NCBI GenBank assembly: GCA_001430755.1
Contig: CP013062.1
Location: 30,001-62,000, forward strand
Direction: 5' to 3'
Source of the DNA: Candidatus Peribacter riflensis
GTDB lineage: Bacteria; Patescibacteriota; Gracilibacteria; Peribacterales; Peribacteraceae
DNA length: 32,000 nt
The notes under the pieces were generated by a model, which worked only from the letters and a program-made list of their open reading frames with translations, made no database searches and was not told the DNA's origin. A program made the translations under genes and the position numbers. Positions 1-7,905 of the stretch are shown piece by piece (position 1 is the first letter of the stretch; each line of letters opens with the position of its first letter).

Positions 1-1
1 A

Positions 2-190
2 TTCCAGGTTTTTTCCGAAGACGTCCACGGGGTCCTGCTCCTCATGGGGATGATTCCGCTCGCGGTGAACACCGTGGTCTACTCCTCGGTGCTCAAAGTG
101 CACCCCGAGAAGGCAGCGGTGGCGGTGATGGTGAGCACGGTTCTGGCGCTCTTCTTCATTCCGGCGCTCTCTGCCGTGTTTCTGCAGTGA
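2..190 (+). CDS. 3' end of a membrane permease gene, AEC/Mem_trans (auxin-efflux-carrier)-like; 5' part outside window
   Basis: Frame open from window edge to TGA 188-190. The translation ends ...GMIPLAVNTVVYSSVLKVHPEKAAVAVMVSTVLALFFIPALSAVFLQ*, matching the P-x-A-x-N ... ST-x-L-[SA] ... P pattern of the last helices of AEC-family transporters. Motif memory only. Confidence 0.45.
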   Translation, partial: FQVFSEDVHGVLLLMGMIPLAVNTVVYSSVLKVHPEKAAVAVMVSTVLALFFIPALSAVFLQ

Positions 191-218
191 TCCTGCGCTC
201 CCCAAGGGGGAGCCCTGC

Positions 219-227
219 TGCTACCAT
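219..227 (+). promoter_or_regulatory. extended -10-like TGcTACCAT, 6 nt upstream of rpe ATG (leaderless geometry)
   Basis: tgctaccat at 219-227, then gaccgc, then ATG 234. Hexamer end + 7 nt falls on the A of the ATG. No Shine-Dalgarno in between. Confidence 0.4.
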
Positions 228-233
228 GACCGC

Positions 234-881
234 ATGGCTCTGTCCGTGCTCATCGCACCATCGATCCTCTCGGCAGACAGGGAGCGTCTTCAGGAGGAGA
301 TCAAGAGTATTGAGCCGTACGCCGACTGGCTGCAGATCGATGTGATGGACGGGCACTTCGTCCCGAATGTCACTTTTCCGTTCGAGGTGGTGCAGATGAT
401 CCGCACCTCGCTCCCGCTCGACATCCATCTCATGGTGGAAGATCCGGCTTCCTACGCGCAAAAGTTTTTGCAGTTGCAACCGAAGAACATCACGTTCCAT
501 GCCGAGGCAGTGCAGGCGACGGATGACAGGCGAGCCCTGATGCAAGCCATTCGTAAGGGCGGTGCTCTGGCCGGAATCGCGATCAATCCTCCGACATCTC
601 TGGGTGCCATCGCCGATGTGCTGGGCGAAGTGGATCTGCTACTCGTCATGTCGGTGAACCCGGGCTTCGGCGGACAGGCGTTCATCCCGTCTGTCCTCGA
701 AAAAGTGGAAGAGGCGCGCCGGCGGTTTCCTCAGCTCATGATCCAGATGGATGGTGGCATCGATGAGCGTACAGCCCCGCAGTGCATCCGTGCCGGCGCC
801 AACAATCTGGTGGCCGGGAGCTTCATCTTCCGCGCTTCAGACCGCGCAAAAGCTATTACTTCTCTCCGCACCGCACTATGA
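234..881 (+). CDS. rpe: ribulose-phosphate 3-epimerase
   Basis: 215 aa with ATG start. Motifs IAPSILSAD, QIDVMDGHFVPN, HLMV, SVNPGFGGQAF and MDGGI are characteristic of Rpe. Stop overlaps the next start (ATGA, 878-881). Confidence 0.93.
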   Translation: MALSVLIAPSILSADRERLQEEIKSIEPYADWLQIDVMDGHFVPNVTFPFEVVQMIRTSLPLDIHLMVEDPASYAQKFLQLQPKNITFHAEAVQATDDRRALMQAIRKGGALAGIAINPPTSLGAIADVLGEVDLLLVMSVNPGFGGQAFIPSVLEKVEEARRRFPQLMIQMDGGIDERTAPQCIRAGANNLVAGSFIFRASDRAKAITSLRTAL

Positions 882-1363
882 GCACACGCTCTGCTTCCCT
901 CGTATTTTTCTGCCTTTTTGCCCTGGCCGGATGCAGCGCCACGATCACTCCGCCGGAGGAGGGAGCGGGGACTGTTCGCCTTGTCGGTCCGGCCGATGTT
1001 AGCGTGCCGGTGGCCGTTGAATTCGCACGCACGCCTGAGGAACACCAGCGGGGCCTGCAGGGCCGTACGTCGCTCGTCTACGGCAATGGCATGCTCTTCC
1101 TCTTCGAGGATAGCGCCGTGCGTTCGTTCTGGATGAAAGACACGCTGCTTCCCCTGGATATTGCCTTCTTCGATGCAGAGGGGCGGTTCGTTTCGCAGGC
1201 ATCCATGGTCCCGTGTCCTCCGGAAGAGGGGGCGGCCTGCCCGTCGACGCTCTCCACCGGTCCCGCACAGTTCGCTCTCGAGGTGCCTGCAGGCTTTCTG
1301 AAGGCTGCCGGAGTGGAGGAGGGCTGGAACCTGGTGCTCGGGCCGTGGGCCGCATCTGAGTAA
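878..1363 (+). CDS. DUF192-family lipoprotein
   Basis: The ORF track starts at 782, but the in-frame ATG at 878 overlaps the rpe stop. It gives MSTRSASLVFFCLFALAGC, a signal peptide with an L-A-G-C lipobox. The body carries the DUF192-like GLQGR...GMLFLF...FWMKDTLLPLDIAFFD..G. Confidence 0.75.
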   Translation: MSTRSASLVFFCLFALAGCSATITPPEEGAGTVRLVGPADVSVPVAVEFARTPEEHQRGLQGRTSLVYGNGMLFLFEDSAVRSFWMKDTLLPLDIAFFDAEGRFVSQASMVPCPPEEGAACPSTLSTGPAQFALEVPAGFLKAAGVEEGWNLVLGPWAASE

Positions 1364-1366
1364 CCC

Positions 1367-2629
1367 ATGCATGCTGATGCATCTTCGTCCGCAGGCCTGC
1401 GCAGAGTGATTGAAATCGTGCTGGCCGTGATGACGGCTGCGGCGGCGCTCCAGGTGTTTTTGGCACTCCAGCATGCACCCCTGGTCTTTGACGAGGTCTT
1501 CCACTTTGAGCGCATCGAGGGGCTTCTGCGCGGCACCATGCGGCTTCAGGATTGGGGCGTGATGCTGCCGGGGTACCACCTATTCATTGCAGGAATGCTT
1601 CGCCTGAGCGGGTTTGCGTCCGTTCCCGCGGCACGCTTCGTGACGTTCCTCGTGAGCGTGGCCTGCTGCGCCGCCGCTTTTTCGGTGGCCTTCTCACTCG
1701 ACCGGAAATCCGCCCTCCTGCGCACGCTGCAGGTGGCCACCCTGCCCATTCTGCTGCCGTTCTTCCCACTGCTCTACACCGACACGCTGTCGCTCTGCAT
1801 CCTCCTCTTCGCCACCTTCGCCGCACTCAGGGGATGGGCCCTGCTCTCGGGTGTGCTGCTGCTCGCGGCCGTGGGTGTGCGCCAGAACAACGTGCTCTGG
1901 GTGCCGCTCCTCTTTGCTATTGTGCTCGGACGCGAGACGACATGGCAGATCGTTCCGACGGAACTTTCTGAATGGCTGCACGAGTCGGCAGCACGACTGC
2001 GTGCACACCGTTCCCGCTCTGTGTTCGTAAGGGTAAGCCTGCCGTTTCTGCTGCCGGTGGCGGCCTTCGTCACCTTCGTTTTGGTTACCGGGCGCGCCTC
2101 CCTCAATCCTGTTCTGGCGGCCTCGCATCCTTTTCCCTCTTTCTCGCTCGGCAACGTCTTCACTGCCCTTTCGATCTTTGCGGCACTTTTTCTGCCTTTG
2201 GTCTGCGCACGTGTCCGGAGTATTGCGGAGCTGCTGGTGCGTCGGCGGTGGGTGCTCATCGGCATTGCGGCGCTCTTCTTTCTCTTCTTCATCGGTTTCC
2301 GCGTCAACCATCCCGCAAACAGCGACCCTGCGTATTTCCGCGATGCGGTGCTGCTCGCAGCGGCTGCAGGCGGCCTGCCCGGTCTGCTCTTTTTCCTCGC
2401 CTCTGCACTGGCCCTGCTCACGATGATCGTGACGCCGCTCATGCGCCGGAGCTTCGTTCTGCTCTATCCCCTTGCGCTCCTGTACCTCGGCGGCAGCTGG
2501 CTCATCGACATCCGCTATGCCATCGTGCCACTCGTGCTCTTTCTCCTCTTCCGCAAGGCGCTCTCCTGGAGGATGGAATTGCTGCAGCTGCTGTTCAACT
2601 TCGTGCTCTGTCTGTGGGTGTTCCTCTGA
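1367..2629 (+). CDS. polytopic membrane protein, ALG10/DIE2-like (GT59-like) GT-C glycosyltransferase candidate
   Basis: 420 aa with about 11 hydrophobic segments. FDEVFHFERI...W..MLPGYHLF resembles ALG10 DE-I-FH...W...LPGLY. LLYTDTLSLC...VGVRQNNVLW resembles ALG10 YYTE/D...FRQTNIIW. DIRYAIVPLV resembles EFRYFILPYV. Starts 3 nt after the DUF192 stop. Confidence 0.6.
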   Translation: MHADASSSAGLRRVIEIVLAVMTAAAALQVFLALQHAPLVFDEVFHFERIEGLLRGTMRLQDWGVMLPGYHLFIAGMLRLSGFASVPAARFVTFLVSVACCAAAFSVAFSLDRKSALLRTLQVATLPILLPFFPLLYTDTLSLCILLFATFAALRGWALLSGVLLLAAVGVRQNNVLWVPLLFAIVLGRETTWQIVPTELSEWLHESAARLRAHRSRSVFVRVSLPFLLPVAAFVTFVLVTGRASLNPVLAASHPFPSFSLGNVFTALSIFAALFLPLVCARVRSIAELLVRRRWVLIGIAALFFLFFIGFRVNHPANSDPAYFRDAVLLAAAAGGLPGLLFFLASALALLTMIVTPLMRRSFVLLYPLALLYLGGSWLIDIRYAIVPLVLFLLFRKALSWRMELLQLLFNFVLCLWVFL

Positions 2630-2633
2630 AGCC

Positions 2634-2996
2634 CTAGGGTAAAACGTAGGTGTAGTGATGGATGATCGTGAGGACGCCGATGACGCCTGCGAAGAGAGAG
2701 AGCAGCAGCACGACTCCTGCTGTCACATCCTTCAGCCGGCCCACGTGCACCGAGTAGTGGGGCTCCACGACATCCAGAATCTCCTCGATGACGGAATTGA
2801 AGAGCTCGGCACCCAGCACGACCGAAACCGTGACGAGGACCAAGACCACCTCCATGTACGTGAAGCCGAGGGCGACAGCGGCAAGCATCACGAGGATGCC
2901 AATCATGCTCTCGATGCGAAAATTGCGCTCCCGCTGCCAGACGAAGGTGATTCCCCTGAAGGCGTTGGCCGCGCTTTTTGCGAATTGCTGGACCAT
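2634..2996 (-). CDS. dgkA: prokaryotic diacylglycerol/undecaprenol kinase family protein
   Basis: 120 aa with 3 TM segments and the motif GAELFNSVIEEILD (E-x-x-N-[ST]-x-IE-x-x-x-D of DAGK_prokar). ATG 2996 lies 3 nt after the purC stop, so it is co-transcribed with purC. Confidence 0.85.
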   Translation of the reverse strand: MVQQFAKSAANAFRGITFVWQRERNFRIESMIGILVMLAAVALGFTYMEVVLVLVTVSVVLGAELFNSVIEEILDVVEPHYSVHVGRLKDVTAGVVLLLSLFAGVIGVLTIIHHYTYVLP

Positions 2997-2999
2997 CGG

Positions 3000-3968
3000 T
3001 CAGATGCGGTAGGGCTGGAGGTTGCGCTCGATTCGCTCGGCGACGCGCGCATCGTTTGGGATCACGAAGGGTGTTCCGGTCATGCGCTCGTAGAGATCCA
3101 GGTACTTGCTCGCGAGCATCAGGCGCACGTCATCGGTGATTTCAGGCCGCTTGCCGCCGTACTCGAATCCCTGGCTCCGGAGCCACAGGCGGAAGAACTC
3201 CTTATCGAGGCTCTCGGGCTCCTCGCCCCTGGCGTGCCGCTCCTCGTACGTTTTGGCGACCCAGTAGCGGGACGAATCCGGCGTGTGCACCTCGTCGGCG
3301 ATCGTGAGCTTGCCCTCTGTGTCGTAGCCCATCTCGTACTTGGTATCCACCAAAATGAGCCCGCGCGTGGCAGCGATCTCCTGGCCTTTCTTGAAGAGGG
3401 CGAAGGCGCGATCTTCCATCTCCTCCCACTGCTCCCGTGTGGCGAAGCCGCGTTCCACGATTCCCTTGGGGTCGATCAACTCATCCTCCTCGCCCTTGGT
3501 CGTGGGCGTGATGATGGGTCCGGCGAACTTCTGGTTTTTCACCATGCCTTCGGGGAGTGCATTCCCGCAGAAATTACGGACTCCCTTGTTGTAGTTCACC
3601 CACGCAGATGTGCCTGTAGAGCCCGTCAGATAGCCGCGCACGACAATCTCCACCTTGAGCATCTTCAGATCTTTCACCACCATGGCATTTTCGTCCGGCA
3701 CGGCGATGATGTGATTGGGCATCACATCCTTCACCTGCTCAAACCACCAGGCGCTGAGCTGATTCAATGCCTGTCCTTTCAGCGGGATGGAGCACCACTG
3801 GATGTCGAAGGCCGACTGGCGGTCTGTGGCGATGAGGATAGCCCGTCCCTTCTCTTTCTGCGTGTAGACATCGCGCACTTTGCCGGCGTACTTCTCACCG
3901 AGTCCCTTGAAGTCCGTTTTTTCGAGTGCGGTGGGGAGGAACGGCTTGAGCTCTGTTGGGGTGATCAT
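3000..3968 (-). CDS. purC: phosphoribosylaminoimidazole-succinocarboxamide (SAICAR) synthase, long form
   Basis: 322 aa. Motifs GKVRDVY, ILIATDRQSAFD, IPLKGQALNQLSAWWF and LILVDTKYE are typical of Ade1-type PurC. Confidence 0.93.
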   Translation of the reverse strand: MITPTELKPFLPTALEKTDFKGLGEKYAGKVRDVYTQKEKGRAILIATDRQSAFDIQWCSIPLKGQALNQLSAWWFEQVKDVMPNHIIAVPDENAMVVKDLKMLKVEIVVRGYLTGSTGTSAWVNYNKGVRNFCGNALPEGMVKNQKFAGPIITPTTKGEEDELIDPKGIVERGFATREQWEEMEDRAFALFKKGQEIAATRGLILVDTKYEMGYDTEGKLTIADEVHTPDSSRYWVAKTYEERHARGEEPESLDKEFFRLWLRSQGFEYGGKRPEITDDVRLMLASKYLDLYERMTGTPFVIPNDARVAERIERNLQPYRI

Positions 3969-3974
3969 GACCCG

Positions 3975-3983
3975 ATCATACCA
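3975..3983 (-). promoter_or_regulatory. extended -10-like TGgTATGAT, 6 nt upstream of purC ATG (leaderless geometry)
   Basis: Minus strand reads catgGTATGATcgggtcATG. Hexamer 3980->3975, and +7 nt gives 3968, the A of the ATG. Confidence 0.45.
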
Positions 3984-4100
3984 TGACCATATCGTGGGAG
4001 GACCACCCCTGGTGTCCCTCCCACGGACCCACCCTTCCTCTTAGGGTGCGGCTCCAGCGCCGGGTCCCGTCAGAGCCACCCAGCGCTTCGCCGCGATTTT

Positions 4101-4811
4101 TTAAAAGGCCGTATAATGTGGAGGATTCTCTTGCTGAGTGGCGCGAGCTGTTTGTAAGGCCTGAGGGAGCTTACCGAGGCTGAGAACGCGCCTGCTGAAT
4201 CTAAATTTGGTCCTGCCGCTGCGGCGTGGTCGGTGGTGCACGGGTACTTCGGCCACGGTGAGACCGCGCCTTGCCAGCACGAATGGAAAGAATCGAAAGA
4301 GACCGTCTGCGAGAGGAACAGAGAGTGCTACTTCTCTATGTATCGCCTTGAGACCGGTATTGGCGTCGTGAAGACGTTTTCGAAATACAACGCTCACGCA
4401 GCAATTAAAGAGGCATGACGAGAGTCGTTTCATGAGGCTGTCGGCACGTTTTTTTCTCCATCCGATCGCAAGATCGGCACCTTGTTCCAGGGCTGCGAGG
4501 AGCAGGGGAATATCGGCCGGGTCATTCTGCAGATCTCCATCCAACGTGATGAAGATTTCGCCACGCGCCTCTGCAAACCCTACAGCCAGCGCTCCGCCCT
4601 TGTCGGAATTCGCCTGCAGGCGAAAGCCCCGGATGCGGGGATCAGCGCTCTTGAGTTCCCGGATGACCTCCGGCGTGCGATCGGTGCTCGCATCGTCGAT
4701 GATTAAAATCTCGGCTGCCTGGTGCAACCGTGCGAGCACCTCGTTGATCTCACGGTAGAGAGGCCAGAGGTTGGGCGCCTCGTTGAAGACGGGAATGATA
4801 AGGGAGAGCAC
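4101..4811 (-). CDS. GT2 polyprenyl-phosphate glycosyltransferase (Dpm1/GtrB/ArnC-like)
   Basis: LSLIIPVFNE, IIDDASTDRT, ITLDGDLQNDP and VPVHHRPRRSGRTKF are GT2 signatures. The ORF track starts at GTG 4853. I prefer GTG 4811 (MLSLIIPVFNE, the canonical GT2 N-terminus) because TATCCT (4824->4819) sits 7 nt upstream of it. Start remains uncertain. Confidence 0.82.
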   Translation of the reverse strand: MLSLIIPVFNEAPNLWPLYREINEVLARLHQAAEILIIDDASTDRTPEVIRELKSADPRIRGFRLQANSDKGGALAVGFAEARGEIFITLDGDLQNDPADIPLLLAALEQGADLAIGWRKKRADSLMKRLSSCLFNCCVSVVFRKRLHDANTGLKAIHREVALSVPLADGLFRFFPFVLARRGLTVAEVPVHHRPRRSGRTKFRFSRRVLSLGKLPQALQTARATQQENPPHYTAF

Positions 4812-4818
4812 GGGGCTG

Positions 4819-4824
4819 AGGATA
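4819..4824 (-). promoter_or_regulatory. -10-like TATCCT, 7 nt upstream of GTG 4811
   Basis: Minus strand reads aagggTATCCTcagccccGTG. The same hexamer occurs upstream of ftsH. Confidence 0.3.
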
Positions 4825-4848
4825 CCCTTTGCATTTCTGCTTTGGCAG

Positions 4849-4874
4849 GCCACGGCGGTCGTGACCGCCGTGGC
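4849..4874. promoter_or_regulatory. 26-nt near-perfect palindrome (12-bp arms, 2-nt centre) in a divergent promoter region; candidate operator or hairpin
   Basis: gccacggcggtc gt gaccgccgtggc, with all 12 arm positions complementary. Flanked by direct tggcaggc octamers (4843-4850 and 4871-4878). Lies between the two divergent -10 elements at 4819-4824 and 4901-4906. Confidence 0.4.
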
Positions 4875-4900
4875 AGGCTTCCCTTATAGAAGTTCGCGAG

Positions 4901-4906
4901 TAGAAT
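4901..4906 (+). promoter_or_regulatory. -10-like TAGAAT, 10 nt upstream of ATG 4917
   Basis: gagTAGAATcaccagtcctATG. No Shine-Dalgarno. Confidence 0.35.
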
Positions 4907-4916
4907 CACCAGTCCT

Positions 4917-5372
4917 ATGCGTACGAAGTGGCTTGATCTGGCGCCGTTCATCGGTGGGATGCTCCTCGCCCTGGTCTGCGGGTACCTGCTGGGGCGCCTC
5001 ATCACGGAGCGCCGTTCCCTCCCCGATACTCCCATCACCGTGCGCGATCTGAGTCAGCCCATCGTTCCGACCATACATCTCGACGGTGTTTTCAACGGGC
5101 AGCTCAAAGGCACGATGCTCGGAGAGGCACGCCTGTTCCTCGGCTCCAAGCACATCGTCCCCGACTTAAGCGGCTCCTTCCTCGTTCCGGCAGGAACGCT
5201 GCTCACCAATAACGTGGAAATCACCGTGCCCGCAGGCATGCGCTTCGTGGCCTCAAAGCGCGGACAGAAGTACTACCCGGTCGATTCCGCCTCGGCATCT
5301 GCTCTTTCACCTGCAAATCGCGTCTATTTCCGCACAGCAGAAGAGGCGGAGGGGGCGGGGTATCGGAAATAG
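4917..5372 (+). CDS. hypothetical N-terminally anchored protein with Cys-less Ada-N-terminal-like C-terminal motif
   Basis: 151 aa with ATG start. One N-terminal TM segment (LAPFIGGMLLALVCGYLLGRLI). The C-terminus KYYPVDSASASALSPANRVYFRTAEEAEGAGYRK resembles the ..YH..C.....I...N..F.s.eeA..aGYrpC motif but lacks the cysteines. Confidence 0.6.
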   Translation: MRTKWLDLAPFIGGMLLALVCGYLLGRLITERRSLPDTPITVRDLSQPIVPTIHLDGVFNGQLKGTMLGEARLFLGSKHIVPDLSGSFLVPAGTLLTNNVEITVPAGMRFVASKRGQKYYPVDSASASALSPANRVYFRTAEEAEGAGYRK

Positions 5373-5403
5373 AAAAACTGATGACCACCAGTGCAGCAGC
5401 GCA

Positions 5404-6021
5404 TCACCTTGAGTTCACCATTGATGCAAGGCGGGCTTCTTCGTGTTGCTGGTTCTGCTGAAAGCGGCGATTTTGTGGGATCAAAATGCGGACGATGCGT
5501 GCGGGTACTCCAACGACCACGGCATAATCCGGTACATCCTCTCTTACCAATGCCCCAGCGCCAATCACTGCCATTTTCCCAATACGCACACCGTGCAGAA
5601 TGGTTGCATTCGCACCAACGTAGGTGCCCTCGCCAATGATGACCGGTGCATGTACATGGGGAAAAAATCTTTGCAAAGGATGAGATTCAAATCCAACGTT
5701 GATATGGGTGAAAATTGAGACCCTCGCTCCAAGGGAGACGTAATCTCCCATGATGATTGCATCCGCCAGATCCAGAAAACATTCTTCTCCGATGAAACAG
5801 TAATTCCCGATTTTCAATCCCTTGAAACCGGCGCGATAGGCATTGGAAAATGTGAAGCGCTGGATGATGGTGTGATCCCCGATACTCGCGCCAGAAATTT
5901 TTATGAGCAGGCTGCGAAGGGGTGGGATGCACAGGTGGGAGTTCACCAGTGTCGCGACAATCAAGCTCAACGCATATCTACACGAACGTTTGACCCCGAC
6001 ATTCTTTGCAATTTCCAGCAT
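5404..6021 (-). CDS. hexapeptide-repeat (left-handed beta-helix) O-acetyltransferase
   Basis: 205 aa with ATG start. Repeated [LIV]-G-x4 hexapeptides (IGNYCFIGEECFL, IMGDYVSLGARVSI, IIGEGTYVGANATILHGVRIGKMAVIGAGALV) followed by VPDYAVVVGVPARIV. Confidence 0.85.
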   Translation of the reverse strand: MLEIAKNVGVKRSCRYALSLIVATLVNSHLCIPPLRSLLIKISGASIGDHTIIQRFTFSNAYRAGFKGLKIGNYCFIGEECFLDLADAIIMGDYVSLGARVSIFTHINVGFESHPLQRFFPHVHAPVIIGEGTYVGANATILHGVRIGKMAVIGAGALVREDVPDYAVVVGVPARIVRILIPQNRRFQQNQQHEEARLASMVNSR

Positions 6022-6120
6022 AGTCTATCGAATACAAATAATCCCATACATTGACAGTCCTATCATAGCTCACTTGCCTGAGATGGCTACTGCACGGGGC
6101 GTTGCGACATGATGGAATTT

Positions 6121-6129
6121 TGATACAGT
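6121..6129 (+). promoter_or_regulatory. extended -10-like TGaTACAGT, 20 nt upstream of ATG 6150 (Shine-Dalgarno-led)
   Basis: tgatacagt at 6121-6129. GAGG at 6140-6143 lies 6 nt before ATG 6150. Confidence 0.3.
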
Positions 6130-6149
6130 GCCATGAGTTGAGGTTATTC

Positions 6150-7865
6150 ATGAAATCGTTGTGGCTCGTCCCTCTGGCAATATTGCTCGGGTTGTTTTTC
6201 TATTTATTGAATATCCGCTATCCGTTCATTGGTCACGATTACCATGTGTTCATTTTCCGGCTTCTCGCTGGAAAATGGCATTTTCTCCATCAGGGTCTGA
6301 GCCCTTTCCGATACGCAGTTCACTTTGGGGGAGGAATGCCAATGTATGGCGATCCTGAGGATTCGTACTACTCCCTGATGCAATTTTTCATCTTTGCCAT
6401 CCATCCATGGTTGGCAATTCAATTGGCTATAGGGATCACCATGGCACTTGGATATGTGGGATGGTATTTGTTTGGCAGAGATATCATTCATCTGACAAAA
6501 CCGTGGTCCCATGTTCTTGCCGTAGTCATTCTCACCAATGGATTCTATCTGGCCCACATGGCAGTCGGCCACATTGTGTATCACACATTCCCGATGGTCG
6601 GCTTCCTTTTTTGGTTATTGCTGGATAGAAAAAAAGATTCGCCTTCCCCTCTTCTTCTTAAGGCATGTCTATTTTCGCTGATTGTTGCTTACATTTTTTA
6701 TGGGGGAGGGTACTTCGTTCTTCTTCTCTCGGTACTCGGATTCATCTTTGTCCTCCCCTTTGAGTTCGCCCTCAGCAGATTTCCATTTACAGAGCGCCTG
6801 AAGATACTGGCCATGCGGATTCTTGCCTATAGTCCCGGAGCGCTGCTCATTTGCTCCAGCAAATTAGTGTCCGTATACAGCCTCATGAGATTCTTCCCGC
6901 GGACAACAGCTCTCGCGCAGTTCCAGCCAGATACAAGTGCGCTCCTTTTCATCATAAAAACATTTTGGGTTATTCCTCAGGGGGCGCATCTTTTTGCCGG
7001 AGCCCCATGGGGGCCGCATGAAAGCACCATGCTTCTTTCGCCCATTACACTGCTCGGTATTTTTTCCAGTCTCTTTCTGCTCTGGGTATTCAAAGATTAT
7101 TGGAGAAAACGATGGCTGCTACTTTCTTTCCTCGTGGCCTACAGTGGATTCCTCTTCATATTTTTTCTTCAAATTACAAGAGGATATGGTTTTCTCGTCC
7201 AATCGCTCATCCGTCTCTTTCCGTTCTCGTCCATCCGTGTACCGCAACGCTTTCTCTACGTCTTTTCTCTTTTTATTTCGGTATTTGGTGTCTGGTCTCT
7301 CTACGCTTTCATAAAACAATGGAGGCCCAGTGCCAGTACCATCGTGGCCGTTTCCTCGGTTGTTATTAGTCTGACTTTTTTTGTCACAGGGAATTATGCC
7401 CTCATCAATAATGAGTTGGACATACGTGTCGAATATGACTCCTGGAAGAAAAATTCATTGCCAGTAATCACACAATCTTTTTCGCTGCCTATCACTGCAA
7501 TACAAGATACCTGGCCGGATTTACTGGGGAACAGCAGCGTAAGGGTTCCGAGTGCCGTACTTGATTTTCGCCGCATAGGATCGCTTCATGTTGGCCCCGT
7601 AAATGATCGACAGGATGGTTTCTATAACTTACTAAATCCTTCATGCTATCAGTTTCCAACTGAAAACAATTGTAAGCCCGGAGACAGAATCCCAGTTTCT
7701 GACAGAGAAAATTTTGAAAATTTTCGTAGAGGTCTGCCGACTCGATGGGCGCTTTCGAGTCTTCAGAAAATTGCAGACGCAATAAGCCTGATCACTCTCG
7801 TTACAATCATCACTTTGTTCATTACGGAGGTCGTTCCATTTGCCTCCTTCCATCGTCGAAAATAA
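6150..7865 (+). CDS. polytopic membrane protein, unclassified (possible GT-C glycosyltransferase or polymerase)
   Basis: The ORF track starts at TTG 6102. The first in-frame ATG is 6150 and has a GAGG RBS. 571 aa with about 12 hydrophobic segments followed by a ~150-aa C-terminal non-hydrophobic region and a final TM segment. Lower GC than its surroundings. Confidence 0.7.
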   Translation: MKSLWLVPLAILLGLFFYLLNIRYPFIGHDYHVFIFRLLAGKWHFLHQGLSPFRYAVHFGGGMPMYGDPEDSYYSLMQFFIFAIHPWLAIQLAIGITMALGYVGWYLFGRDIIHLTKPWSHVLAVVILTNGFYLAHMAVGHIVYHTFPMVGFLFWLLLDRKKDSPSPLLLKACLFSLIVAYIFYGGGYFVLLLSVLGFIFVLPFEFALSRFPFTERLKILAMRILAYSPGALLICSSKLVSVYSLMRFFPRTTALAQFQPDTSALLFIIKTFWVIPQGAHLFAGAPWGPHESTMLLSPITLLGIFSSLFLLWVFKDYWRKRWLLLSFLVAYSGFLFIFFLQITRGYGFLVQSLIRLFPFSSIRVPQRFLYVFSLFISVFGVWSLYAFIKQWRPSASTIVAVSSVVISLTFFVTGNYALINNELDIRVEYDSWKKNSLPVITQSFSLPITAIQDTWPDLLGNSSVRVPSAVLDFRRIGSLHVGPVNDRQDGFYNLLNPSCYQFPTENNCKPGDRIPVSDRENFENFRRGLPTRWALSSLQKIADAISLITLVTIITLFITEVVPFASFHRRK

Positions 7866-7905
7866 ACCTAACCTTCCATAGTGCTTTTGTGTAGATTATA
7901 TAAAG

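Noticed and set aside
2655-3986. 443-aa ORF on the + strand
   Set aside because: It runs antisense across two well-supported genes (dgkA-family and purC). Its composition is rich in D/E/H/R/G with no motifs, which is a typical high-GC shadow frame.
3969-4100. Possible ZTP or purine riboswitch upstream of purC (a GC-rich imperfect hairpin gggaggacca...tggtgtccctccc on the + strand)
   Set aside because: I could find no match to the ZTP/pfl conserved strings (GGGTCGTGACTGGCG...CCGCCTGGGC) or to purine-riboswitch loops. The TGgTATGAT-N6-ATG geometry predicts no leader at all, so the hairpin is more likely the 3' structure of the upstream GT2 transcript. Infernal/Rfam would settle it.
6051-6056. 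Consensus TTGACA hexamers (also 30546-30551 on the minus strand) as -35 boxes
   Set aside because: No acceptable -10 hexamer lies at 16-18 nt spacing in either case. The -10 elements that do fit the start codons have no matching -35.
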